This document shows, piece after piece, positions 42,281 through 58,100 of a stretch of 64,000 nt of DNA. The translations under genes and the position numbers were made by a program. The stretch covers positions 961,622 through 1,025,621 of the forward strand of contig CM082587.2 in NCBI GenBank assembly GCA_040954595.2. Direction: 5' to 3'. Numbering within the stretch: position 1 is the stretch's first letter; every line of letters starts with the position of its first letter. The notes beneath the pieces are model-generated. The model worked only from the letters and a program-made list of their open reading frames with translations, did no database searches and was not told the origin of the DNA. Origin of the DNA: Balanoglossus misakiensis (Eukaryota; Animalia; Hemichordata).

Positions 42281-42919
42281 CATGGAGATTCCTTGGAGGA
42301 CCCGGAAAAATGAAGTTTATTTTACTCCAGGTAAGTCTTGGCCCGCAAAATGTATTTAGTCATTCATACCGTCATTAAATGTTAGTGTTCATGTATTGAT
42401 AAAATTGGTGCACCATCACGCGCGCGGGAAATCATTTTTGACCTCAAAAGTCCCTGGAATATCACTGGGAAAAACTGGAAAAGTCTTGGAATTTTGAAAG
42501 ACTTTGAGAACGCGAAACACTACACCACGTAATGAGGGAAAGATCATAGTATTTGTACATTTCCTGTGTCAGGATGTTCGTGTACTTAGCATTGACAAAC
42601 AAGATGCTGGAATGTGTTGTGGTATAGGGGCAGACCTGTATTTGGGGTCACATCCTGTTTGTGTACCGTTCATAGAGGCTGATCAGTCTGATCCAGTATT
42701 AACAATGAAACACGTGACAGTTATCATGATTCACTGACATTGTTGTCAGTTATACTGGTAGATAGGTGAAAGGGATCATGTAAAAGTGCTTCAAGTTGCT
42801 TGCTTTTGAAAAGCGCCACCACTGGTGAAGTTTTCTTTTAAAACATTCCCCCAAATACTGTACTGAATGAATGGTTGTTGGTCTTTAAATAACAGAAAAG
42901 TCTTATTCATTTGAAATAC

Positions 42920-44043
42920 TTTATTAACTCTGCAAAAAACAGAACTGCACAAAAACAAATGGCAAAATAAATCAAACTCTAATCACAAAGATTGTCCATA
43001 AAACAAACTTTTCTCTCTCTTGAATTGAATTTTGCATAAAAACTCTTAAATACAAAAATATACTATAAGCCATGTCTGTGATCAGATACAAGCATACAGC
43101 TCAAATGAACGTCAAACTTACACGACACACTACATGTACATCAAAGTTTAGTCAAAGTCAAAAACACGCCACAAAAAAAACAGGTTTTAAACTTAATAGA
43201 ACTCCTTAAACTAATATCTAAAAAAAATGGAAAACAGATATGGAATTTATACAAAAAATGCTTCAGAAGGTCAAAACTTCAAAACTGTACACTTTTAAAT
43301 TAATTCCTCCATAAAAAAGAAAACTTTAATGACATTACTTTGAGTAAATTACATAGAAAACTTGGCAAGGATGCTGTACACCACAGAAAGCCATCAAAAA
43401 TGTTACACCAGATCTCAATACGTGTAAATGCAATATATTTTAAAAATATTTATCAGCGATAGATCAACCATCAAGACAGATTCCAGCCTTGACTTGTAAA
43501 TTTTTCATTTAGATGCACAGACTTTGTCTTGAACGACACAGACTGCATCAAGTTCTGAAAGCTTCATTGTATAATACATATTAATCAGCACATATTTCAT
43601 ATTTATGATAGAACTATACTCTGAAAAAACTTGAGTTGTTGTTTAGATTAATAATCCACCAATTTTATAACTAAATGTGTGGGAAGACAAAACAATGATT
43701 TCTGTAGACCTCAACGATGAATTAATTACAAACGAAAAGGCTTGGCAATGCTCTGTTGCCTGGAGAAGTCTTGAGTCTATATACTGGTACTAGACTTGCA
43801 GTCTTATAGACACCAGCTGTTTTTGAAACACGGTGGCTTGGAATCGCACGAAATGCCGTAAAGCCCATAATTACTACTCAGGAATCCATATAACAGCTGA
43901 ATTCAATTATTCATTTTGGGAGACCACCATTTATAGTACTCGGGCATCTTTTGCAGTTGGATGCATCAATCACACAAGCTAACTGTCAAATGCTGTCGGC
44001 TGCTATTTTAATCCTCCGGACATCACAGCAGAGAAACTCATTC
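42920..44043 (-). other. Putative terminal exon with 3' UTR (host transcript unresolved)
   Basis: Very strong minus-strand acceptor (TTTTTTGTTTCTTTTTTTGCAG) at 44044, a short reading frame (NEFLCCDVRRIKIAADSI* in phase 2), about 1 kb of U-rich sequence, and AATAAA at 42925-42920. Confidence 0.45.
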
Positions 44044-47000
44044 CTGCAAAAAAGAAACAAAAAACCTTGATGAATCATTCTGAAAATCAAGTGCACTTAG
44101 CATTCGATTGCAAATGGAGATGTGCATTTAAAGAAGTTTTTCTGCAGTTGATTAATTTCAGATGAGATCTCAGCTATACACCAACTGATGTGGGTTGCGT
44201 GTGTAATCACTCTCTGTCATTTGAATTGGAATTAACTAAACATTCGGTGACATCGCATGCCAATCAATTATTCAGTATTCCATTCCCGGATTTTTTTGTC
44301 TTGATTACATCTCGTCTACAAGATCTGCATCTCTAAAACCAGCGAGGATCATCTAACTGTAGGAATACCTAGATTAAAGTATACATTAATGTGAAGATTA
44401 AGCCAATCACTGATTTTCACTTGAGGCATGTATAAATGGGCCATTACAATTTGTTATCAGAAGACATGTTTTGAACAATATATGGGCATAATGTATAATT
44501 CAGAGAAGATTTTTAAGGGATGCATTATTGAAAATTAGACATTCACTGAGCCTTATTCAAAGAAATCATATTTTATACATACACAGTATGCAGTACATGA
44601 TTATTTTTATTCCTAAATTAATACACTGATTCAGAATATTTTAGGTCTATCATGTGAAATTTAAAAAAAAATAATTCCAAAATGGAGGCCATTTTATAAC
44701 ATCAAGTGAACCAGGGAATTCTCAGATGGTCTTCAGATATTTCATCTCATCCATTTACAGGTTATTTACCGTAAATGGATTTCCATAAACCATCTCACAG
44801 TCGGAACACCTGCACCCAATTTGACCAAGGTCAATTGCGTTGCGGTCTGCTACATACATGTACAGTTTTACTTCAGTGAAGCATCTTATAGTTATACACT
44901 CTTGAATTAAGATTATATTTTTCTTGCTATTTTGGCAGTATTCTCGTCCAAGATTACCAAAAAATTGGGGGGAAATGTAGATATAATAAAAGAGGAGCTC
45001 TTCATGAATGATGACAAACCGGCAGGTATACAATTTCCGATAAGACAGTCATTATCAGCCATTATGAATGAAATCATAAAATAATTGCATTTTATATATG
45101 TGTGAAATAAAAATATCACCCATAGTACCGGTATGTACATACAATATACATATAACGTAAAATGTCACTAGCAGTTTTCTTTTCATATGTCAGGTAATAT
45201 TTGGAACAATTTGTATTCAAGTCAGGTTTTCCAAGATTTTTCCGATATCACACAATTTTTCGTGTCACTGGACTGAAAAAAGAATTACAAGATGAAAATT
45301 CCACTCTAACTGAACCGGGATCATTTCCATTTTAATCTCAATCTGTGAACGGAATAACAAAACATGAAACATTTCATCTGCACAGAATAGATTTAACATC
45401 ATAACCACAGCTTTCATCTTGATTTTAACACATTACAAGTGTGTTAAAATTGCCGCAAGAATTTTGTGAAATGTGTATTCTCTGACAAAGTGAAATAATT
45501 CCAGATTACACTAAACTGACAGTTTTTATAAATCCTACATGCATTAATTAGGAAGGTTTGATTTAGAGAGAGGCTAGCAACAATAATTATTATCCAAGCA
45601 AGCATGCAATTACTATGATTCCCATTCCATTTACTGCTCATCTTCTGATAAAATGACTTGTCAATTAACCTACCTGTCAATTAACCTCTCTGTCACCCTG
45701 CTTGTACAAGCAAACATTTTCCCATCATTCATTTTTATCAAGATGTGTGATTTATATGACATTAGACAATTTAACTTTCAAAATCTCTATGTACAACAGT
45801 TTAAGTCTGATTTCAATATTTACAAAGTAACATATTCAAAGGGAAAAAGTAAAAAATGGAAAATAAGCTGACTTTGAATATGTTCAATTCAGCCAACATT
45901 TTGTGCCGTCTCACACTGCACTGCATTGTGGGAAGGGTCAGCTGATGTACCAGTATTTCTGTAGATGTGACAATTACATGACTTTAGTATAATCAGAAAG
46001 GGCAACAGATTCAGTAATTTAATTGACATATGTCAATTAAGACCTAGATTTGATCCAAGAAGGGTTCATTAAAATCATTCATAATTAATCAACACATAAC
46101 AATGCAACAAAACAGTGCAGGTCAGTTCTTTAAAGAAAACATCTCTGTATTGACACTCACAGACACTGCTATGAAACAGACAGTTTAATAAATACCATTT
46201 CTTCCTGAAAATTGTCATTCTCTGAGAGAAAAAGACAGCAGCTCCGAGAGCCTTGAAAGGATATGGCTTTACGTGACCGTTTTGTATCAGTTGTTTTATC
46301 TGTAGAGGAACTACGGGTTTAAACTCTGTGTAACAGTTTCACTCTGCATGTGCACGTAGTTGACATGCAGAATACCAATTTCCAAGGTCTTTTGCACAAT
46401 TTGATATTCCACATGCGTGTGCCTGTGCGTGTGGACTAATCTGCATTGTGTTCACAAGGATGGGCAGCAAAAAGCTGACAGCTATATACAGCAAAGTGGT
46501 TTGGCTGTGAGCTAAAACTAGCCCAGCTGTGAACAGATTAGGTCAATGGAAACTTGCAGCTTGGATTTTTGTGGATTATAATTAAGATTTGTCATAAAAG
46601 GAAAATGTGAAAATTCTTCAGAAAAGGTTTGCAAAAGCTGGAACATTTTGACTGACGACTATAACCTTTGCGGTACTTAACAACCACAGACATGAAAAAT
46701 GAATAAAGCACTGATAGGGTTGTATATGCAGGATAAGAAAACTGATACTGGTGATAGTGTATAATATGTTACGCTAGAATGAACAGTATTATACATTTAT
46801 CTTCTTAGGATTTCCACAACTCATCTTTTTTTCATGACATGTCAGAATAAACCTTAAACACTCATGTGAGTACATTCAGATTTCTGGCCACTCAAGGGCA
46901 TTTTGACTGATGCATACAATGTGTCACGTCCATGTTGTAGATTCTCAATGGAAGATATATTGTTAACTGTCGGTTTAAATGCAACTAGTCACTCATCATT

Positions 47001-50000
47001 GTCAGGTTTCCATGGAAAAGTTACATTATTTATCTGCTTATAACACAGTCTTTGAACACCTGCATGTAAGCATAAGAATTGTTCATAATTTCTTGTATTC
47101 AGTGAGATTGGTCTAAACCAAACTCTTCATACAGAAAACTCTCGAACTGGCCATACACTTTTCCATTAATCACCAACTTAATTGTCACTTTATGTAACGC
47201 ATTTTCACAAATTCAATCAGTAGACCAAGACCTCTTAATTCTAATTAAACATTGATCAAAATATCAAATTAGTGGTGTATTCTCACACTTTATGTTGGGC
47301 TTTCCAAGAAAAGTGGAAAATCTTAATTACATGTATTTAGAAGAACAATTATTGTGATCGACTGCGGGCATGTCCCCCCCCCCCCCCTTCTAGAACGCCC
47401 TCATTAGTCATCTCTAGGTCTGGGATCATTGAATGTGATCTATATGTGTATGAATTAATTTTCAAATACCGCAGTGTAAATGCATGCCATGGAACCTGAG
47501 GCATTTGCAGACATGACTGTATGAACAAACGCATAACCCTGCAAAGAAATCTCAGTGTGGTTCATTTTATAATTTCAGTCAATATGAATGGTATGTTTAG
47601 TAATTAAATTACCGATAAAATTACAAAAAACAAGGTGGAATAATGAAAACAATAATTGAATTACTTTGTGATATTGGCTGTTTGTAGCTGTTTGTAGCTG
47701 TTAAATCAGAGAATTTATGAACACAGACGGGATAAAAAACGACATGACTCTCAGACACATGTACAACACTTCCTGTCTAAATGACAGTAATGTACGATGT
47801 GATTTCGTCTTCCTGTCTTGAAGCTGACACTGTATAATACTGCAATTCATCTGTTCATGACAAGGCAATTAATGTGTCTAGCAACATAGTTGTCCAGATA
47901 GTGCTTGTGCCACCATTGAGTTTTATTTGGCTCTAGTAAAAATTACCATTTATCAACAAGAACATTTTACCAAATCATGAGCTCATATGCTAATTATTTT
48001 AATTTAAGATTCTCGGCTTTCAAAACATCACGTTCTTGTCTTTTGTATCACATTGAGCAATTAATCTTCAACTGATTATCCTTACTCTGCAGAGCATAAG
48101 GCCAACGCTTTCAAAAATGACAGCTCTTCTTGTAACCATGGCAATGTCTGTCCACTTCCAGTATTGTTTTGTTTGAGACTCATGTACGTGTCACATCTAA
48201 GCTACAGATATGTCAAATCATGTTTAATAATAATTAATAAAATAATGAAAATTACATGGCCAGTCATGTGTCTTCAAGATCCCAGATATTGATTTACTTG
48301 ATGAGAATTTTCCAAAGGAAAAGAAAGGCTAGCAGTTATATGAAATGTCAGTGTTGAATTTATGTGAGACGCAGAGACTGGCTTTTGATGCAGAATGAGA
48401 ATCAGATATCACGCACAAATGAAGACACTGAACACCAATTCACGCCCTTTGATCTGAGCATGCAAGTATAAAGTACTTAATACTGTGAAACCTTATTTTG
48501 AGGGAGTCATATAAATTCTTAATAGTCTGATCTGTTCAAAAAGCATATATCTGCATGATCACAGACTTGATATTGACTCTACTGGAAAGAGTCTATCAGC
48601 TGCCAGTGACTTTTCCTTGATTGAGTTCTGAACATAACAGGCTGTGTGATCAGTTTAGTTCTCTGCATAATAGGCCGTGTGTCTCTCCGGGATTTGCGCC
48701 GGAAAGAGCAACACTGATCAGGATCTGGGAAAAGGCAGCAGTGCAGCTCCACGGAACAAAATCCAACTGATGACCAAACTAGATTAATCAGTTGATGTAC
48801 TGCATGCATATGTGCTGATGCATTTTCGAACGCAATAACCTCAAAAATATGACGAACCATGCAGGGCTGACTGTACAGGATTATTTCCAAATTTACTGAG
48901 GTTATATAATTATTTTTAGTTTCAAAATGATTTCTCAGAAGAAAAAATGCGAAAATACATATGGCGAACCATGTATTATCTGAAATTGTCTTGCATATTA
49001 GATTAATCCCAAATTTCTCAATTAAGTTGAAAAGCCTTGAGTGCATATTATTTGTCTTTCTCTTCAATGTCAAGTGACCCTATTACATATGTTGAAGGTC
49101 AAACAAGAGAGCTGCAATGTCTACCAGGTGCACTTTCGAGAGTTTGATTGACATCCAGAATCTCTTCAAATATCAAGAGTCATAAATATTATTTGAATAT
49201 CAAATTCATCATAATTAAATCACTCTTAATGAAAAGGCTTTATGCATGTATATGACAGATATGAGAGTTCAAATAGGAAACTGATGTAATATACGATATA
49301 ATGAGCAACTATTTCCTATATTATGATTTGAACATGAAGGCCTTTATAAAATATTTATAAATTTTTTGTCAGCTAATATTTGTGCAAGCAAATTTTATGG
49401 TGACCCTGTCCGGCATGACACAAATGAGCTGTATTACACACACTCGGTTAATCTATAACCCACAGAATATTGCAGGATATTTAATTAAAATGGTAGGGTT
49501 GGATTTCCAATGAGAAATATTTGAGTTGTTCAGAAGGCATCTATTGATCTCTTCTTGGAGAGAAACGGGTAAAATTGCAACTCCACAAAGTTCTTATTTT
49601 TTCTTACTTTGACCATGTCAAATTTGGGGTGCATCCTCTTTACTTTCAGAGCTTTTGTCTTCTTGCTTATTTTTGGTGGACATGAAAATTCTGTGACCAA
49701 ATTTCTGTATAAATAGGCCAACAATTTGAGTTCAAATGGAGAATAACGGTCCACAATACAATGAGTATGTGTAAATGAACACAGCATAAAGAACATCGAG
49801 CTCCTTTCTGTATTCAAGACTCACAAAATAAAATTGCCAGAAGCATGTGAACTCTACAATGAATTGAAAAAACCCTCACAGCTATGTTGAAAAGGTTGTA
49901 AAATGTGGACAGAAGTCCCTTTTGTGACTGAAGGAGACTGGGGGATCTTAAACAGAAGACAACGTATGCTCTTTTTAATCCAAAGCGGTTAACACCTTGA

Positions 50001-53000
50001 ATAGTACAGAACAATGATATCTGTCAGTCCCAGAAATGAAATTGGAATTTATATTTGAAAAAATGCAAATTAGATTATCAAGAATATTGACAACTATCAA
50101 AGTACACTTCTCTTATTCAGTGGGTTTAGAATTTTGAAAATTATGATTGAAATGTTGAAAATGCAGAGTAGACAGTGATGGCACTTGTGTGCATTGTACA
50201 TAAAACATTATTCTTGTACCAATTCTGAACTTTTGCGTGGAAAAATGTGTATTCATCAAATGAATTCAGAAGCTTGTGACCTGAGGTCATACGCACTTTG
50301 AAGAGATAATGATCTGATTGCCATTGGTTGTGAGAGACAATTAATTTTATTGACATAATAATTGTAGCTTTAATATTACTCTCATTAAAATCAAATTATT
50401 CTTGAGGAAGTTGTGATGAACAAGCATTCACTAGAAAATAAATCAACACAATGGGCAGACTATTTCATTTCCTGAGATGAAAGTGAGCAAACATTCCATT
50501 AGAAAACGCGCAAACACTACCTTTCAACAGTTATCAATTATGGACATTCATACTTTGTAATTGAATATTTACAACTGAAAGATATTTTGCATAGTTGAAT
50601 CAATCTAAATTGACTGCAAAATTGTTTCCCCTCACATTGTAATCACTCATTTTGCAATTTACTTTAATTAGACTTATTAGATATGACTTCCTGTATAAAA
50701 ATCATGTCCTGTAATAGATTTTTGTTGACTACATTTTGATCAAGAATTTTATGTTAAATTAATCAATAAATGTTTTGTGACTGGTGCTGTTATTTTCGGC
50801 CCTTAAGTTTCAGCTTAGGCCATTTTAACAAAATATTTATAACACCCCTGTATTCAGCAGTGAGATTGTCTGGCACCATTATACATGACAATCAGGGTGT
50901 CACAACCCTGCATTTACCTGAACAATTTGACACCCCTGTGAAGTAAACTCAGCCATTGAATTTTGTGTACACCTGCAACAGTATATGCATCCACTACGCA
51001 AACCTCAAGAAGCCTTCCCATGTGACCTATTGATTTTCTCGCTGGCCATGATAAACTGTTTTCTTTATCTCCAGTTAAAGTGGCATGATTCTAAACACAT
51101 AATTCTGTTTAGTTCAAGTGTTTGACGGATTGAAAACTGACCTTATGAGGTGCGGCCAGAGTCAATTATTTTTAAGGACTCCACAGAAGACAATGACATT
51201 GCTTGTTTGGTGAACAGAATAGATGCACTGAAATATCGTTACTATGCCAACTGATATGCTAAATTCTAACAATCTGCATTACTAGTGCCCAAATGCCTTG
51301 ACTGTTCAATAACAGTACATGTAATTAGCATATGCAAATATAATACCCAGCATTCCAGTGTTACAGGTCAACAATGTTTGAAATCGTGGTGTCATGACAT
51401 AGAGGAGGTCACATCATTGAACATTAATCTTATTTGTCAACAGAAACCCTGCATTATACGTGAAATACGGAATCCATTTTGGAGACAGTACAGCTTTAAA
51501 GAAATTCCAAGTTTTACTCTTTTCAGTATTCACAGCCTTCATAAAATGGAACTGACCACTGAAGGTTTCTGAAAGGTCAAAGAGGTTGATAACAGAACTT
51601 GAAATATTAATAAAGACAGGCACTTCTGTTGAATACAAGATTAACATTGCGTCGTTATAATAAAAAAATCTAAATCTACCAGCGACAGGGTAGACTATTA
51701 GAGTTTGCCCGGAAAAGTGATATGAATTTAAAATGTGCAATACAAGCAATACCGAAGACATTCGGTGCAGACATTAGACTGCCGAAGCAAACAGTCTAAT
51801 TTTGAAACCTGTCTGAAATGAATACCTTCCCTATACCCATAATTTAGACATGATAAACCGTGTAAAAACACTTGAAGACAAATCAAGCTTTTGCAAACCT
51901 AACAGTTTTCTCAGTCCCTTTGTATTCTATGTTTACACAGGTTTTCGTTTAGAAACTGGTAAATTTACTCATGTAAAACTGATGGGTCCACTTTGAGTAT
52001 CACATAATAGATAGGCTGAGGAGCTTGATTGCTAATGCAACTGTCAGACTTGAGGGGATGTAGCTAGCTTTAAAATCTTAATGACTACGATTACTGAGAC
52101 TGTAGGTACCAGGAGTCAAGACTCACAGTGACGAGACAGAATATCTTAAATAAAACTTAACAAGCGGAAGAAATGCATATACAGACAACAAAAAGATGGA
52201 AATATATTTGTTGGTTTTGTGTGTAAACCACTGTGTGATGTAATATTAATATGAAAACTACCTCTCTGGAATTGCCTTTCCATACTCAATCTCTGTCCAT
52301 CAATCTTGCATCTTTTATTACAGTGATGTGATGCGTGCAATAACCATGAAATATGTATCATATCATATCCTATCATATCCGATCATAAATCATATATATA
52401 TAATGAAAGGCAGAAAGTCAGATTTTTTTATTTTAAAAAGACAAGATCAGTCTACTTTGATGCCAGTGTTTTCATGAGTTTTGACTGCAGGGCTGTGCAG
52501 ACGCAATAATATCAGAAATGAAATGAAAAGACGTCCAGAGGTGATGTATAATTCATGATGAGGCCATACCTATCTTTTTTGCATCAAATAAGACGTGCTT
52601 CAGGCAGCAATTTCTCCTGTAGTGCTCAAGCAGTGCTTTTAATCTGTGAGTTCCAAATTACGCATCAACCAGGACACATATGAATACAACATAATATTGC
52701 TTCTCAGCAATAGTGGACATCTTTTTCATATCAAGATATAAAAAGAATTCACTACAACATTCAAAACAGCCATTCACTTGCACTTCATAATTTAATTCAA
52801 AATTCAGAGTGTAAAAAAACGAAAATTTCATTCTATATTTAATCCTAATGAGAACGGACTGGCTACACATTAATTCATCACCATAAAATATTTATTATCT
52901 TGTAAATTTTCTTTAACAGGTCATAAAGTCCTGTTTATTACTCCAAGGGGAGTGCTCTACATACTTTATTAGTCGAAGGTGTCAGCTATAGAGGACTTTA

Positions 53001-53919
53001 ATTTACCAGTTGTGCCCTTAAGGCACTTTTACAAACTGTATGTTCATGTAAAGTCACTGCACAGACTAAGGCATATAATGCTCGGTCTGCTGTAACAAAA
53101 AATACAGACTCGTATACCACAGAATTTTCTGAGGTTATCTGTCTGTGAACTGTGAACAGAAGATTTGTGAAATCAATATTTAATATGATACATCAGAAAT
53201 ATGGCTGTATTTACCAAGTGTATAATAGTACAGTGGAGCTTCCCTCTAAGTGAACATAAAGTCATTTGGTTGTAATGAAAGAAAAAGGCATCCCCCATAT
53301 GTCCATTCATTTCCAGATGTTTTTGTCAGTCGGCGTGTTTGATTGTCAAGAGTAGTAACAGTATGTACTGTGTTTATCCGGTCATTTTGAAGCAATTTCG
53401 ATGCAAGCCTACACTACCATTACATGTTTTGTATTTTTCCCACACGTAAGCCACTTAGGCTTTGTAGCCATGGGACTTTCACATCGAATGCAGATTTGCT
53501 CTGCCTCGAAAAATTGATGGCAATCATAAAACTACGAAGCGAGGCAGCTAGGTGATTCCCTCCATAAGAATTATCAATCTGGACTGTTTCAGTTATTATG
53601 TGTTCACGGCAAATGTCAGGAGAGCCCCCATGGTATGGTTTTGTTCGCCTGAAATCAAAGGTGGCTGTATATAATCATCCCCAGACCCCAAGCACGGTAA
53701 AACCCAGATGTAATTTGTCTGTTTATGGAAATGTCAGGTATTCCAGAGGTGATTGGGAGAGAGAGAATTCATGTGCCGGATCAGTCGAGCCGCAATCGAA
53801 TTCTGATCTGCTGCAGACTCCCTATAGAGTGATATTTTAGACGTGGATGTCTGTCCATTGTTGTAACAGAAGCTATACTGTCTGAATGGTGATCACATGA
53901 ACTATCATCTATGTGTCTC

Positions 53920-53972
53920 ATCATCACCACCACCATCATCACGATTATCATCATCTTCATCATCATCATCAT
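53920..53972. repeat. Imperfect (ATC/ACC)n trinucleotide repeat
   Basis: ATCATCACCACCACCATCATCACGATTATCATCATCTTCATCATCATCATCAT. Confidence 0.8.
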
Positions 53973-55195
53973 TTACATATAGTTAAAGGGCACACTTCCT
54001 TGCTTGGACATCCAAGTGAAAATCTGTGATTGGCTAGATCTCAACTTTCTACAGTAACTATTTTGCATAAGTGACCATATACATGTACATTAATACACCA
54101 CAATAGGTAAAAAGCCTGTGATTATGACAATACAAATAAAGCCTGTTAACAAGTTCTGTAAAGTCAATCAAAGTTAAACTCTCTTTCAATCGCAAAGCTA
54201 GCTAATGCATTGTTGATTAATTGAACAAGAGGTTAGCCATCAACAGTCAACACAGCCATTATCTGCCACGAAGGTGGAAATGTATATTCGGTTTAATAAA
54301 AAATAGAAAAGGTGACCTACCTTATGGATATTCCGTGCATAAATGACAGGCCAAGATGTCAATGTATTCATCGTCTCCTTTGTTGGTGATGTTTTGGTCC
54401 TTTTTCCCTTTATATGCAGTTGTAGGGTGCATGCCCAGTAGGTTGAACACTTGCCAAGTCAAACTGTGTGTGGTGTTTGCTGATTTGGACATACGATAGC
54501 TCTTCATTGGCAGGGTGCCAAGTGAAATTCAAGGTCAGTTTGCTCGCTGTGGTCAGTTGTATTCGCTTGGGTCGTGAACTTTGCGTCAGTGTAAATAAGT
54601 GTCGTCTTAAAAACATTAAAACCGACACAAAGTCAAATTCAACTGCTTGATTGGAGAGGCTGTTGATTTACCTTAATACACAAGCCTTTACTTTTATCCC
54701 TGAAGTGTTCTTTCATAAAGTTTAATATCCCTTATTGTTCGAGGTTGCCTAGCAACTAGTGATAACCGTTGCCATGGTGATTCGCGAGGTCTGGATTTCA
54801 ATCGCAAGTGTCAAGTTCCTCCAGTGCTTTTCTGAACCCACTGAAAGGAGCAATAAATGATCAATCATGTTCCAAGTGACGCGTGTAATTCTTAGGGCGG
54901 TTCACCGTTCACCGATCCCATTTAAAGTCCTGTAATATGCAAACCAGTAGGGCTTACATCTGTGAAAGCTTTGAGTCATCTGATACCTTCGTAAATTATG
55001 CGATTTTTATTTCCAATTTGGAAAAAGAAATAATCGCTTTTCGCGTTTGCTGGCTCAAATATGATGAACTCTTCGTGCACTAAAACCACCTGTTGATTTT
55101 AAGTCTTTCGAGATTTAAAGCCAGATGAAATGTCCATGAAATTCTGCTTTTCGGCGGAAATTGAGTTTATTCTGAGTTGCAACCACATGTGGAGT

Positions 55196-58100
55196 TCATT
55201 TTGTATTATCATGTCTGTGTCTAGGACTTTTTATTTCCGGCGATTTCCCCGATTCCTCCATGGCGATAGCGACGCTGCTCTCAAGTCTTTCAATCTCAGC
55301 GTCAAGGTCGATGTTTTCTAGCAGCTCTGGGTTCAAGTTGGTCACCCATCCAAGTGCGTCGGGGTCACTGGTAGGCATGATGACACACATGAACTGTTTT
55401 CCGCTTCTTGGATCAATGGGATATATGCTCATCGGTGCGAAACTTTCGTTGTCTTCAACCCAAGCGCATAACTTATTGTAGACTGCAGGATAGCGATGAC
55501 GCAGACTAACTCCTCGTTGTCGCAAATTTCTTTGGATGTTGATGAAGCAAACTTGGCGCGATTTCTTATCCAGTCCGCCGGTGCTTGGTGATCCTGGTGG
55601 GGCTGTGAGGATCATTGTTTCCAAATTTTCTTTCACTTTTGGTGTCTCTCGTCTGGGACTCATTAATTGTTCACTCAGTCGAACTTTAGCGCATTTCTTT
55701 ATTGTTGTACCTTCGTGTCTTGGAAGCGGTTTCCTTGGTGGCTCGTTGCTAACAACTATTGCCACATTCAGAACAAACTTCATCTCTGGATTATACGTCT
55801 TGCACATCTGAATCAAAACTTTCATGTGTTCGCCTGTAACGCCAGATTCTTCCAGTTCCCGCAATGATGTAAAAGTCGGCGGTATTTCCATCTCGCAGAC
55901 GCCCGATTTTAGATATTCCTCGGCAGAATCTGGATCGCCGAAAAGTAACATCAGGCAGCCTCTACCGCGAGACAGATATCCAGTACGTGCAACTCTGGAG
56001 AGCGCCTGTTGAGATTCATCATCATATCGACTGTGGTAAATGATATGTTTACAAGCACTGCTAACGCGGCTAAAAATACACTTTTTCTTGTGTTTTTCCC
56101 AGTGTGTTTTTCGACACTCACGCGAGCAGTAATATGTATAGCAGTTGTGACACGATTTGTATGTTTTCCTGGCCTGTTTTAAGGGCATGGTTTTGCCGCA
56201 TTTTTTATTTCTGCATTTGACCATGATGAGTTCCTCGCCGAGTATATCCTCCTTTTCATCACAAGTATCACCCCCCTCATCCAACCTGTGCTCATGGTGA
56301 TCGCTTTCATCCAATCCCGTTTCATCTGTCGGGGACTTGACAACAACAGAGTCCAACGTGGCTGTACTGACGTCAGTTGATGTGGTGATCTCCTCTTCGT
56401 TCGCGGTTGGACTTTCCGGAAAGTCGAAGAAACTCAGTTCGGCGAACTCTCGTTCTTTCTCCAGCTGTTTCCCTATATCGTGCACGCTTGTCGTTGGACT
56501 GGGCGACAATGCTAAGAGACTATCGATAACCTCCTCCATGGTTGTCCCCGGTGCGTGGATAGCAGAATCACTCGACATGAAAGTGTCCTTGTGGTACGCC
56601 TTCTCGTAGAAACTGCTATCGTCCTCATTCAGGGACGTGTCTGTGATGGTTATGGCCAGGTCTTGGTGGCTACCAGGTGCATGATCCCGTCTTTTGGCCA
56701 GATCTTGACTGGAATATGAAATGATCGGGAAATGTCTATGATATCCTTCCCTAGGGCTTCCATCTGGATTGTAATTCGGATCAGGTCGCGGACGTGATCG
56801 ATTTGAGAGATCGTCAACACTTAGGGAAACAACTCTGATGTTATTCATCGAAGATAATTCATTCCTCACTTTTAAGTTTTCCAGCGACTTTGAGGATCGC
56901 CTTTCCGCCGGAGGGCTTAACAGACTCGTCGTTTTCATACCAAATGTTTTATTGGCATCGAAATCAAACCCTCCCTCCTCTCTGACCGTCGGTAACGAGT
57001 CTACTCTTTTCCCAATTATGGACGTATCGCTCTTTCGTAATGGGCTGTAGTTATCTCGCAGCGATCCATTATCGGACGGCGTCTCGTGGAAACTGAATGA
57101 GCCTAATCGATGCTGCGGTTTGGTCAAGGCGGAATCGCTCTTTCTCCACGTTTCTTCGTCGGATGCGAACGCTTCCTCCATTCCGAATGAGCTGAGTCTG
57201 TGAGCGTTAGCGAGATCGGGTTGAGTTTTGTACTTTGTCAGCTTGCCAGGAAGATCATCTGCAGAACTTGCAAATGCTTCGTACCTCTCCATACAAGTCA
57301 ACGTTAAGTCCGTTTGACTGCCGGATGTGACGGTTTTTGGCTTTTTGTCCGGAGCGTCATCTTCGGACACCAATGGTTTTATCTCGACGTAAAAATTCGG
57401 TGACTGTCTCCGTGTCGGTGTTATGCTTGTCGGATGTCTTGATTTACTGACTGTAGAGGTATTTTTAAGTATTGAGGTTGTGTCATCTTTCGGAGAGCTG
57501 TCTTGTTCTTTGAACAAATAAAATGATGAGGGAGAACCCGCCGCGGATGATGGTGACTCTCTTCCTGGGGAGATCTGAATCAAGGGCGGAGGTGTCACGC
57601 AATTTGAATACGGAGAGTCTTTGTATTTAGGAGATGATGACACAGATGGTTTCAGGTACAAAGAAGACAGTTTTTCCTCTTCACTTTCGATACTGTCTGG
57701 CGACGTTGCTGGTCTGCGTTGGCTTGAAATGAGCGCTTTTTGGTCGCTGAAAGTTGGCCATTTTCGCTCCGGTGATGACGGTTTTCGTTCTGGTGACGGT
57801 AGCGACCGCAGCGAAAACTGTCGACGCTCTGGCGAAGTTGGTGGTGTTTTTGCCGTGTCTGTACCAGAGAAATCGGACCTCAGTTTCCTTGGTAATGTTT
57901 TGGACGGAGACGTAGGCGTTTTGGGAACTATGGGACAATCTCTGTCGCATTCTGATTCAGACTTGCTCAAGGGGCCGTCTTGATAAGTCTGGTTAGTTCT
58001 GGTAGAACTATAAGAAGGACTTTTTGTTTCTGTAATAGTCCGATCAGACGCCGACGTAGACGATGAACCCGATTCTGAGGTACAGCTGCCATCGGGCTGA

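Noticed and set aside
42290-42515. Degenerate hAT-like MITE (repeated CTGGAA motifs)
   Set aside because: No intact terminal inverted repeats or TSD could be identified.
48579-49073. 164-aa minus-strand ORF
   Set aside because: No homology-like motifs, an AT-rich 5' half and no clear splice partners; probably non-coding.
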